Positions 47,596-56,479 of a DNA stretch of 64,000 bases are shown here, piece by piece. The stretch lies in the NCBI GenBank assembly GCA_016188825.1, contig JACPHA010000019.1, positions 3,414 to 67,413 of the forward strand, given 5' to 3'. The position numbers and the translations under genes were made by a program. Positions within the stretch are counted from its first letter, which is position 1; every line of letters begins with the position of its first letter. The notes under the pieces are model-generated. The model was not told where the DNA came from. It saw only the letters and a program-made list of their open reading frames with translations, and did no database searches. The stretch is from Candidatus Pacearchaeota archaeon. GTDB lineage: Archaea > Nanobdellota > Nanobdellia > Pacearchaeales > GW2011-AR1.

Positions 47596-48609
47596 CTAAT
47601 ATTGCAGATAAATTGTGCCGAGTGAAATGCCTGAGCCTCCGCCGACAATCAGAATTCTGTCTCCTCTTTTCACAATTCCGCTTTTGATGCTTTCGTATAA
47701 TCCTAGCGGAACAGAGACTGAGAGCATGTTGCCATATTCCCTAGTTAAATCTATTAGTTTTTCTGCTGGAATTTTTAGTAAGTCTCTAAGATTTCTAACA
47801 AAACTGGGGCTAACTTGATGAGGTATTACTGCCTTAACATCTGCTATTATCTCCTCTAAACTCTTTCCTAATGGCGCAAATGCTGTATTAAAAAAATCCC
47901 ATATTTTTTCAAAAACAACTCTTGCCATTTTTGTTCCTTGCAAGCTATAAAGAAAACTTTTTCTATTTAATTCTGGATTATATTCGGTTGCAGGCATTTT
48001 GTTGCCGCCGCCGATTATTTCGGAGAAATGAGCTCCTTCACAGTATGTTTCACCATGCGAACAGATTATCTTAGATTTTCTTTCGGGATCTCTTGCTATC
48101 ACAACTGCGGCAGCTCCATCTCCAAACAAAGATGCGCTTTTTAAATCTTCATAGTCAACGCCTCTTGAAGTAATATCTGATGAAACAATTAACACCTTTT
48201 CATATTTTCCGATTTCTATCGAGCAGGAAAGCTCATCAAGAGCTGTGACAAAACTCATACATGATGAATTAATATCATAACAAAATGTTTTTTTATCCTG
48301 CATTTTAAGTTTCTCTGCAATTAAAGAAGAATTTGGAGGTATCGGCTGTTCACTTACTCCGCTGGCAGATACCATGCAGTCTATTTCTGAAATATCGGTC
48401 TGTGCATCTTTCAGAGCTTCTAAAACTGCCATAGAACCCATTTCACTGGCAGTTTCTCCATTTACATAATACCTATTTTTCACGCCGGAAATTTGTTTAA
48501 CTGTACCAATCGGCAATCTTAGTTTAAAGTCCAATTCTTCTGAACTAACTTTTTTATTAGGTAAATATCTTCCAATACCTGCAATTTTTACGCTCCTTTC
48601 TCTAATCAT
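47596..48609 (-). CDS. 3-oxoacyl-ACP synthase III (FabH-like condensing enzyme)
   Basis: NSSCMSF, LFGDGAAA, PHQ and YGN give an intact Cys-His-Asn triad. Confidence 0.9.
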   Translation of the reverse strand: MIRERSVKIAGIGRYLPNKKVSSEELDFKLRLPIGTVKQISGVKNRYYVNGETASEMGSMAVLEALKDAQTDISEIDCMVSASGVSEQPIPPNSSLIAEKLKMQDKKTFCYDINSSCMSFVTALDELSCSIEIGKYEKVLIVSSDITSRGVDYEDLKSASLFGDGAAAVVIARDPERKSKIICSHGETYCEGAHFSEIIGGGNKMPATEYNPELNRKSFLYSLQGTKMARVVFEKIWDFFNTAFAPLGKSLEEIIADVKAVIPHQVSPSFVRNLRDLLKIPAEKLIDLTREYGNMLSVSVPLGLYESIKSGIVKRGDRILIVGGGSGISLGTIYLQY

Positions 48610-48662
48610 CCTATTAATTTTAAAGGCACAAGAATTAAAAAGCTTTTTGTATAAAAGATAGA

Positions 48663-49634
48663 ATGAAACATTCTTGGAAAATAACTTCACTTTTGCTTGG
48701 TATGTTTTTGCTTACTCAGTTAATTGGGCTTTTTGTTATTGAACAATATAAACCTGAGATTAAACAAGTTGTTGATAACGAGGGAAACTCGATAAATATA
48801 ACTTCTTATAACCTGCCTTATGGAATGGATCCTCCGAAGGATATAAGCCCTGAAGTAAGTGTTATTTCGATAATTTTTGCAGTTGCAATTGCTGTTTTTT
48901 TGATGTTGTTCTTGATGAAATATAAAGCTGAATTGTTTTTGAGAATTTGGTTTTTCTCTGTTGTGACTTTGGCTTTGGGAATAACAATAACTGCAGTGCT
49001 TATTAAATTTGGATTGTTTTTAAACAGAATTGATTTTCTATTTTGGAATGTTCCATTATCATGGATAATTTCCCTTATAATGGCTTTGCCTCTGGCATTT
49101 ATGAAAATTTTCAAGAGACACTTAATGGTTCATAATCTGACTGAAATGATAATTTATCCTGGGATTGCGACGATTTTTGTTCCTTTGCTTAGTGTTTGGA
49201 CTGTTGTGTTTTTATTAATTTTGATTTCGCTTTATGATATGTATGCGGTCTGGCATGCGGGATTTATGCAGAAAATGGCAAAATACCAGATACAAAAACT
49301 TAAAGTTTTCACAGGATTTTTTGTGCCATACCTCGGAAAAAAGGAAAGAAAGTTAATTGATAAAATAAAAAATTCTAAATCTAAGAAAGATAAGAATAAA
49401 AAAATAAAAGTGAGCATTGCGATTCTTGGCGGGGGAGATGTTGTTTTCCCAATAATTCTTGGGGGAGTTGTTTTAAGGCAACTTGGTATTGTGCAGGGAA
49501 TAATAATCGCGTTAGGAGCAACTTTGGCTTTGGCAGGATTGTTTTATATTTCTAAAAAAGGAAAGTTTTATCCTGCTATGCCTTTCATCACCGCGGGTTG
49601 TTTTTTGGCGTTGGGGATTGCTTATTTGATTTAG
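48663..49634 (+). CDS. presenilin-family intramembrane aspartyl protease
   Basis: SLYDMYAVW, LGGGD and PAMPF motifs. Confidence 0.92.
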   Translation: MKHSWKITSLLLGMFLLTQLIGLFVIEQYKPEIKQVVDNEGNSINITSYNLPYGMDPPKDISPEVSVISIIFAVAIAVFLMLFLMKYKAELFLRIWFFSVVTLALGITITAVLIKFGLFLNRIDFLFWNVPLSWIISLIMALPLAFMKIFKRHLMVHNLTEMIIYPGIATIFVPLLSVWTVVFLLILISLYDMYAVWHAGFMQKMAKYQIQKLKVFTGFFVPYLGKKERKLIDKIKNSKSKKDKNKKIKVSIAILGGGDVVFPIILGGVVLRQLGIVQGIIIALGATLALAGLFYISKKGKFYPAMPFITAGCFLALGIAYLI

Positions 49635-50028
49635 CTTTGCTTTTTTCAGTTTGTTTTACAATTCCGTTGAGATAAGATCTGCTTATAGGGCTATAAATGG
49701 CTGCTGCTTCAATGAATATCAGTTCGGGTCTTTCTTCCTCCAAATAAAGAATTTTTCTTTGTAAAGTGTTTCGCGTGCTATCGCTTGGAGAAAAATCGTA
49801 TTGAACAGAAGGCAGTAGAACCAAAAGGCCACTTTCTGTTAATCCCCTATAGATACCCAAGTAATTTGTTCCATCTTTGCTAATTACTTTTAGAGGCCGA
49901 TTTCTATAAAAAGGATGCGGCTCTCTATCGGAATCAACAAGACCTAATCCTAAACGCTCTATTCTTTCAGGTGTTTGTGGAGCTCTTTCTCTTCTTTTCC
50001 TTGACTGGAAACCTATGATTCTTTGCAT
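49588..50028 (-). CDS. hypothetical protein
   Basis: 146 aa ORF whose 3' end overlaps the protease gene. Confidence 0.55.
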   Translation of the reverse strand: MQRIIGFQSRKRRERAPQTPERIERLGLGLVDSDREPHPFYRNRPLKVISKDGTNYLGIYRGLTESGLLVLLPSVQYDFSPSDSTRNTLQRKILYLEEERPELIFIEAAAIYSPISRSYLNGIVKQTEKSKAKSNKQSPTPKNNPR

Positions 50029-50130
50029 GATAAAAATATGAAACTTGGACTTTTAAACTTTCCTATTGACATGTCATTTAAAAGTTATAACAACCGAAAG
50101 ATTTAAATAGGGTAGTATTGTTGCTCCTTT

Positions 50131-50913
50131 ATGATGATAAAGCAAGATTTGGTAAAGAGAATAAAAGAATACTTTGATTTGAATATTTACGAAACCAAGG
50201 TTTGGATGGCTTTGCTTTCTAGGGGCATTGCTTCTGCAGGAGAAATTTCTGTGATTTCGGGTGTTCCGAGGTCTAGAACTTATGATGTTTTGGAATCTTT
50301 GGAAAAGAGGGGTTTTGCGATTGTTAAAATAGGCAAACCTGTAAAATACATTGCAGTAAAACCGACAGAAGTTATAGAAAAAATGAAGGTTGTTGCAATG
50401 CACGATGCAAATGAAAAAGTAAAAAGTCTAGTTAATTTAAAAGATACTACTGAATATGAAGAGCTTGAAAAATTACATAAAACAGGAATATCGCCGATAA
50501 GAGTTCATGAAATAACTGGTTCTTTGAAGGGGAGATCGAACATTCTTGCAAAATTGAGAGAGCTTATACACAGCACAAAGAAAGAATTGATAATTTCAAC
50601 TTCAATAAACGACTTTGAAGACAAGAGCAGAGTTTTGCTCCCGGCAATTGAGCAAGCTGCTAAGAATGGCATTAAACTGAAAATAGCTATTTCAGGACAG
50701 CCCGAAAGAATAAAAAGAATAAGTTCTAGATCCCTAATAAAACCGATAACTACAGATTCAAATTCAAGGCTTTACATATCTGACAGAAAAGAAGTTTTCT
50801 TCATGATAACACCGGAAAATTCTGACGAGGAAGTTGGAATCTGGCTTAATTCTCCTTTTTTTGCAGAATCTTTGGGATTGATGACTGAGCAAAATTTGAA
50901 GAAAGTGATATAA
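50131..50913 (+). CDS. TrmB family transcriptional regulator
   Basis: LN.YE.KV..ALL, S.VPRSRTYDVL.SLE..GF. Confidence 0.92.
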   Translation: MMIKQDLVKRIKEYFDLNIYETKVWMALLSRGIASAGEISVISGVPRSRTYDVLESLEKRGFAIVKIGKPVKYIAVKPTEVIEKMKVVAMHDANEKVKSLVNLKDTTEYEELEKLHKTGISPIRVHEITGSLKGRSNILAKLRELIHSTKKELIISTSINDFEDKSRVLLPAIEQAAKNGIKLKIAISGQPERIKRISSRSLIKPITTDSNSRLYISDRKEVFFMITPENSDEEVGIWLNSPFFAESLGLMTEQNLKKVI

Positions 50914-51080
50914 ATAAAGAAGGAAAGGGAAGAAGATGACAATATCAAATGTTAATAATAATTGATTAGAAAGTAAAGGGGCAATTATTCTTACTCAAGC
51001 AGCGAACGATAACTTGATTATAAGAAAAAACAAAGGTTTTTATATTTAGTCTTTAGAGAATGTAATTATATTATTTCAAT

Positions 51081-52601
51081 ATGGGAGATAAATACATCAA
51101 AAAGGAAAATGGAAAAGAAATAGTTTATGAGCAGGAGTTTTTGTCAGACAGAAAAATAGGTGAAGTTAGAGAGACTCTTTCTGGAGACAAAAATGTAGTG
51201 GATGATTGGGGTAGTACTGTTGGAAAAGTTGAAAGAGAAAATTTTTATGGGGAAAGTAGAGCTGAAATAGAAGGGGAAAGCGGAACAATAAGTACTAATA
51301 ATCCAACTGAATATTATAAGGGGCTGTCTGGGAAACCAGTTTTTAAAGCTGATAAAAAAAGAGAATGTGAAAGCTCTTATTCTTCTAGTGGTTCTTCTTC
51401 TGAAAGTTCTGGTGGATCAGCTGGAGGAGGGTTGGTTGTTCTTCTTCTAGCTTTAGTTGGAATAGGGACATGTATTGAGAATATTTCTAATAAGCCTAAA
51501 ATTGAGTATGGGAAAGCCCCCATAACTAGACAGATTCAAGAAAATGATTACCAAAGATACATCGGAAACATCTCTTTTAATTCAGATTCTCCAAATATCA
51601 GAAAAACGATTATTTCATTTGATAATTATGATATTAATAATACAGGAGGAGGTTGGGTAGGTCATTCAGGATTAGAATTAAATTATAATATCCCAACAAT
51701 CACTGGAGAATTTGAGTTAGTTATAAAAATACCAGATAATCTTAGAATGGGAACCGAAGAAAGAGAAGAACATGGAAAAATAGAAAAATATTGGGCTGGA
51801 AAACCTTTAGAAAAAATTATTAGCAAGGGGGACGATACACTATCGTCTGTGGAATTGGCAAAGTTTTATGATGATATTCAATCTGAATTAAGTTCTTATC
51901 TTAATGAGAAAGGATACCTTGATCAGAATAGGGGAATTTTGTTATCACATAAAAAAGAGCTTTTAGTGGAAAATGATCAATTAGGCAGGGAATTAAGTGA
52001 GAGATATCTTAGAAAACACTCTCTTAACACAACAGGCAAGGATCATAGCTATATTTCTGTAAGAGAAGAAAGCTCTTCGAGGACAGAGAGAAAGAACATA
52101 TCTTATGTAAATTTAGATCCAAATAGAAGAGTATTTAGGACAACTCCTTCTATGGATCTATTTGCAAACGGAACTGTTCAAATAGCTAGTGAAAATACAC
52201 GTAAAGCTTTTTCTAATGCAATGAAAAAAGGATTTGGGGAACATTCGCTTCAATACGAAGGAGGGATTAATACAGATTTATCTTATCAGGCCCGAACCAG
52301 AGAAGAAGGACTTTTTGCTATAGTATCTACTATCCCTTATGGTATGGAAAGAGAATTCTTTAAAAAAGCGGATAGCAACCATGATAGAAATATTTCAATA
52401 TCAGAAAGAGAATCTTTTGAGAAAAAGGTTAAGAGAAATCTTGAGAAGCGGTTAGTTAAAGAAGGATTTTTCGAAGAATCAACAAGTCAAATAGATTTTG
52501 ATCTGGATAGGGATTTCGTAAAAATAGATTTTTTTATGCAAGATTATAGAAAAATTGAAGAACTAACTAATAAAGCTATTCTCGAATATCTATCAGAATA
52601 A
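51081..52601 (+). CDS. hypothetical single-pass membrane protein
   Basis: Ser/Gly linker, one TM segment, DSNHDRNISISE EF-hand-like motif. Confidence 0.7.
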   Translation: MGDKYIKKENGKEIVYEQEFLSDRKIGEVRETLSGDKNVVDDWGSTVGKVERENFYGESRAEIEGESGTISTNNPTEYYKGLSGKPVFKADKKRECESSYSSSGSSSESSGGSAGGGLVVLLLALVGIGTCIENISNKPKIEYGKAPITRQIQENDYQRYIGNISFNSDSPNIRKTIISFDNYDINNTGGGWVGHSGLELNYNIPTITGEFELVIKIPDNLRMGTEEREEHGKIEKYWAGKPLEKIISKGDDTLSSVELAKFYDDIQSELSSYLNEKGYLDQNRGILLSHKKELLVENDQLGRELSERYLRKHSLNTTGKDHSYISVREESSSRTERKNISYVNLDPNRRVFRTTPSMDLFANGTVQIASENTRKAFSNAMKKGFGEHSLQYEGGINTDLSYQARTREEGLFAIVSTIPYGMEREFFKKADSNHDRNISISERESFEKKVKRNLEKRLVKEGFFEESTSQIDFDLDRDFVKIDFFMQDYRKIEELTNKAILEYLSE

Positions 52602-52688
52602 AGTATTTTATATATCTTTCGGTACCTAATTAACTACTTTAAAGTTGGTACCTAAAAGTTTAAATATAAGTCAATTCTACTTTAGATT

Positions 52689-52850
52689 ATGAAACTGCAA
52701 AAACAACTTTCTAGGAAAGTAGGGGATGTAGAATATGCTAAGTGGGTTTTGGTTGTACCTCCAAATATAGTTAAAGAATTGAAATGGAAAGAGGGGCAAG
52801 AATTAGAAGCAGAGATTAAAGAAAATAAACTAATTGTCAAGAAAAGTTAA
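52689..52850 (+). CDS. stand-alone AbrB-like protein, 53 aa, not in the ORF track
   Basis: MKLQKQLSRKVGDVEYAKWVLVVPPNIVKELKWKEGQELEAEIKENKLIVKKS; GGTACCTAA direct repeats upstream. Confidence 0.75.
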   Translation: MKLQKQLSRKVGDVEYAKWVLVVPPNIVKELKWKEGQELEAEIKENKLIVKKS

Positions 52851-52902
52851 TTTTTTTGTTTAAAATTCCAGACGTTAACTTAACAGCCCATTATTTTTCC
52901 AA

Positions 52903-54171
52903 TCAAACAACCTCCAAGCTTGTTATTGACATTTCCTCTAATTTTTTCTTTTGATTTCTGGAAAATTTATTTATGAATTGCTTTGCTGTGAAGTTAATTT
53001 TTATTCGAGAGTGCAAAAAGCCGTTTTTTTCAAAAACTTCAGGATTTTTCTCCTTGAAATTTTTTACCGCTAAGGCATTTGTTATTGGGGGACCTATTCT
53101 GATTACTTCTTGTTTTGGCTTCAGAACAAAGTAAAAATCAGATTTTTTTCCGAAATTATAAACAAACTCAGATGCAAGAATTTCAAAGTATTTTGAAAGT
53201 TCTCTTGCTAAAAAAGAAGAAAATTTTTTCATTTTTGTTCCTGCGATGTCGCCTTCCTGGCGGTTTGTTTTCAATATTAAATGCAAGAATTCAGAGTTAT
53301 TTTTTATTGCAATGCCTTTGAAAGAATTTTCATCGAATTTTTTTATTTGAAATAATTTTTCAGAGGGGTTTTTTAATAGTGCTCTCGCAGACTCTTGGAA
53401 TTTTTTAAAGGTTTCAGAGTTTAGCGCGGCAAGAACATTGCGCTCTTTCCAGGTCGGATCAATCAAAATTAACGGACTATGCAGCTTGCTTTCGTTCAAT
53501 TCAAGAAAGACTTCATTTTTTTTGTAATGTTTTGCAGGATCTATGACTATTTGCTTTTCAATTTTAATAAGTTCTTTCAACATTTTTTCAAAGCTTTTAA
53601 AATAAATTATTAGACATTCTAAAGAGTAACCTGAAAAACCGTTTATGTAAGATTCTGCTCCATAAACTCCTGTTGCTTTGCAGAATTGTTTTGCTAAAAG
53701 AAATTCTTTTTTAAAATTTCCTTGAAGATGTTTTTTTACATAATTGACGTGAAAATAGCTTAAATCGGTCACATTTCTTGCTTCTCTTGGTTTTTTTATG
53801 CGGACAACCGGAATTACCTCAAAAATTGCTTTTTTATTTATGCTAATCCTGAAATAATCCCTGCTTCCGTGAACTTTTTCAATTTTTAATTTATTTTTCT
53901 TTGCGAAATTTTGCATTATTTCTGATAGAATGTTTGTTAAATCTACATATTTCCAATCGAATCTTACAAAAAGGTCTATGTCATAGTTATCTGATTTCAA
54001 CAATGTTCCCTTGGCAAAGCTTCCGCCAATGAAAACATCTGCGTCTATCTTTTTTTTTGATATTTCTTTTTCTAACAGGTAAATAAAATTGTTAGTTTCT
54101 TTTTTTAGGTAGTCTGTTTCTCTTTGGTCTGGCGAAAAATCAAGACGCTCTAAAACTTTTTTTAGCTCCAT
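52903..54171 (-). CDS. cca: CCA-adding enzyme, class I
   Basis: GGSFAKGT...DIDLF, YGAE....GFSGY..E.L and LIDP....RNV.AAL. Confidence 0.92.
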   Translation of the reverse strand: MELKKVLERLDFSPDQRETDYLKKETNNFIYLLEKEISKKKIDADVFIGGSFAKGTLLKSDNYDIDLFVRFDWKYVDLTNILSEIMQNFAKKNKLKIEKVHGSRDYFRISINKKAIFEVIPVVRIKKPREARNVTDLSYFHVNYVKKHLQGNFKKEFLLAKQFCKATGVYGAESYINGFSGYSLECLIIYFKSFEKMLKELIKIEKQIVIDPAKHYKKNEVFLELNESKLHSPLILIDPTWKERNVLAALNSETFKKFQESARALLKNPSEKLFQIKKFDENSFKGIAIKNNSEFLHLILKTNRQEGDIAGTKMKKFSSFLARELSKYFEILASEFVYNFGKKSDFYFVLKPKQEVIRIGPPITNALAVKNFKEKNPEVFEKNGFLHSRIKINFTAKQFINKFSRNQKKKLEEMSITSLEVV

Positions 54172-54417
54172 TTATTTTCCAAGGCAAGAAAGCTTTTAAA
54201 TTGATTGATTTTTATTTTAAAATATTTTAATAATACTGCGTTATACGATCTAATAGAATTAATCTAACACAACTTTTTTATTGTTGACAAATTTATTATT
54301 TTAGGATTCCTAATTATTATCTCATCGGTCAATCAGCGCATTCACCAACTCATTAGGGTGCAGTATTTATGAATTTAGTCTAGTTATGGGACTATTAATA
54401 TCAATCAACAAAAAACC

Positions 54418-54807
54418 TTAATCCTCTTTTAAAGATGGTTTCATAATAGAGGAAAGGTCAATTATATACTTTCCGTCTTCTAATTTGTAAACTCTTGGCT
54501 TATTTGCGGCAAATAAATTTGATAGGTCTACAACATATTTGCCTGGCTTGAGAACTTTTATGCTTTCAAAGTCGAGGAAAACTGGGGCTTCTTCGTCTTC
54601 AAAACCAGTTATTTCCCGAACATCACGCTCAATTTGATTCTTTTCAACAGGGCTGAGTTCTATTTCTCCCATGCTTTTTCTCATTTTTTCAAGCTGCTCT
54701 TTTTTTATGTAAAAGAAAAATTTTCCCTTGCATTCATCACAACCAGTAAGAACTTGCATAGAGCCATCTTCATATAGTTTAGAACAATGAACACATTTGT
54801 AAGGCAT
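54418..54807 (-). CDS. oapC: zinc-ribbon protein OapC (DUF2072)
   Basis: MPYKCVHC...GC.EC....F.Y, ESI.V..PGKY..DL..LF and DG.YII. Confidence 0.85.
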   Translation of the reverse strand: MPYKCVHCSKLYEDGSMQVLTGCDECKGKFFFYIKKEQLEKMRKSMGEIELSPVEKNQIERDVREITGFEDEEAPVFLDFESIKVLKPGKYVVDLSNLFAANKPRVYKLEDGKYIIDLSSIMKPSLKED

Positions 54808-54856
54808 TTAACAACAAAGCAGAGAGGATTAATAAAGATTTAGATTTTTATAAATT

Positions 54857-54910
54857 ACAGAGAACCGAATAAAAAATTTCACACAATCAACTCAGTTCTC
54901 TGTCTGGATA
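54857..54910. repeat. long-loop hairpin unit homologous to 62400..62453
   Basis: ACAGAGAACCGA-23nt-TCAGTTCTCTGT followed by CTGGATA. Confidence 0.7.
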
Positions 54911-55150
54911 ACCGATAAGAACACATAATCACAGACTTAAATAATTCCTCATTTGTATCTAATTAGATAATACCAACTCTGATTTATTATTATAAAAATA
55001 TCTAATTTAACGACGATAATTGAATTTATTTTTTGATTATGTTTAACAAACATTTTTAATATTATTGACATTATGGTAAAAAACTAATATCTTACACATA
55101 GCATAATCAAGTCATTTACCTATATAAGTAATGTTTGGTAATACTGCTAG

Positions 55151-55183
55151 TTGATTAGTGGAAATCCGCACCAACTCTTTAAC
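55151..55183 (-). repeat. partial inverted third copy of the dispersed repeat
   Basis: Minus strand AAGAGTTGGTGCGGATTTCCACTAATCA matches the 3' end of copy 2. Confidence 0.6.
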
Positions 55184-55426
55184 AGATTATTGATAATAAC
55201 CCTTATAACTTATAATAAACTGGATTTTTAGAATTAATTAATGTTTGGTAATTATATGCAATTAAAATTATCTTTAATGAGTATTATGCATTATTTTTGT
55301 TTTAATGGTTTTGATGTTGCGTAAATGCCTCGCTCGCCTACTGTTAATATTATTCATTTGTATGTCCCATAAAATTATCATTAAAAAAATAAGCGATTAT
55401 CTGGTCAGTGAAATTATGATTGTTTT

Positions 55427-55834
55427 CTAACTTAGTAACAACTCAATCTTTCTTGGATCTTTTTTTATTTCCTTGACTATTGTTGCCGGGCCAATTACTG
55501 TAAGGCTTGAGCTATCGCCGACAAGGCGTCTTGCAAGCCCATATTTCATTTTTGTGATAATTCCTCTTTCTTTTAAGTTTGGCTCGACAACTGCAAGCTC
55601 AATTCCTTTAAAGCCCTTTATATGATCGACAAGCGCCATTGTGTCCTCAATCAACCGGGCTTCTTCTTCTGCACGAAGGCGGCCATGCAAGATAACAATT
55701 TTATTTTCAAGAATTAATTTAAGAATTTTTTTCACTCTTTCGGCTATTGTTAACTTTTCAACTTCTGAAAAAGGCAAAACCTGTATGCCTAAGCCGCGTA
55801 TTTTCTTCCCTCTTTTTTGAAATGTTCTTCTCAT
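55427..55834 (-). CDS. oapB: DUF2073 protein OapB
   Basis: L..EEEA.LIE.TM...F.GIE and LTVIGPA. Confidence 0.85.
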   Translation of the reverse strand: MRRTFQKRGKKIRGLGIQVLPFSEVEKLTIAERVKKILKLILENKIVILHGRLRAEEEARLIEDTMALVDHIKGFKGIELAVVEPNLKERGIITKMKYGLARRLVGDSSSLTVIGPATIVKEIKKDPRKIELLLS

Positions 55835-55835
55835 C

Positions 55836-56474
55836 TTAAATTTTTTTTGATAGTTTGAATAGAGATTCATAAAATTCTTCCATGTTTATTCCTTCTTTTG
55901 CCGAAATGCCAACTACCTCATATTCTGGAAATGCGGATTCTATTTTTTTTATTTCTGCTTTTCGTAAATCAATCTTGTTGGCTGCTATTAAAACTGGTTT
56001 TTTTCTTGCTACTAAGTTTCCTATGATTGTGATATTGACTTGAGAATAGGGGTTTTGTGTGGCGTCCAGAACAATAATTACTGCATCAACGTCGTCAAGC
56101 CATTGGATTGCTTCAATAATTCCTTGGGTGGCTTCCTTTGCTCTTTTTTTTGCAACACTTTTTTTCAGCCCAAATTTCAAGAACTCCTCGTAGTCAATTT
56201 TTGTGGCAATGCCTGGAGTGTCAATAATTTTAAACATTAATTCTTTGCCTTTATATTCTATGTTTACTTTTTCTTTTACTTGCACATTTCTTGTTTCATG
56301 GGGAACATTGCTTACTGAGCCAATTTCTTCGCCTGTCCAGTCTTTGCATATTCTATTAGCCAGGCTGGTTTTTCCTGAATTCGGCGGACCATAAAATCCT
56401 ATTTTTAAACTTTCTCTTCTCTTGAAAAGAGCTCGAAAAATTCTCAACGAGAAATTTTTTAGTATTTTCAGCAT
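55836..56474 (-). CDS. oapA: Era-like GTPase OapA
   Basis: GPPNSGKTSLANRI, PHETR, DTPG, NKIDL and ISA. Confidence 0.9.
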   Translation of the reverse strand: MLKILKNFSLRIFRALFKRRESLKIGFYGPPNSGKTSLANRICKDWTGEEIGSVSNVPHETRNVQVKEKVNIEYKGKELMFKIIDTPGIATKIDYEEFLKFGLKKSVAKKRAKEATQGIIEAIQWLDDVDAVIIVLDATQNPYSQVNITIIGNLVARKKPVLIAANKIDLRKAEIKKIESAFPEYEVVGISAKEGINMEEFYESLFKLSKKI

Positions 56475-56479
56475 TTTAT

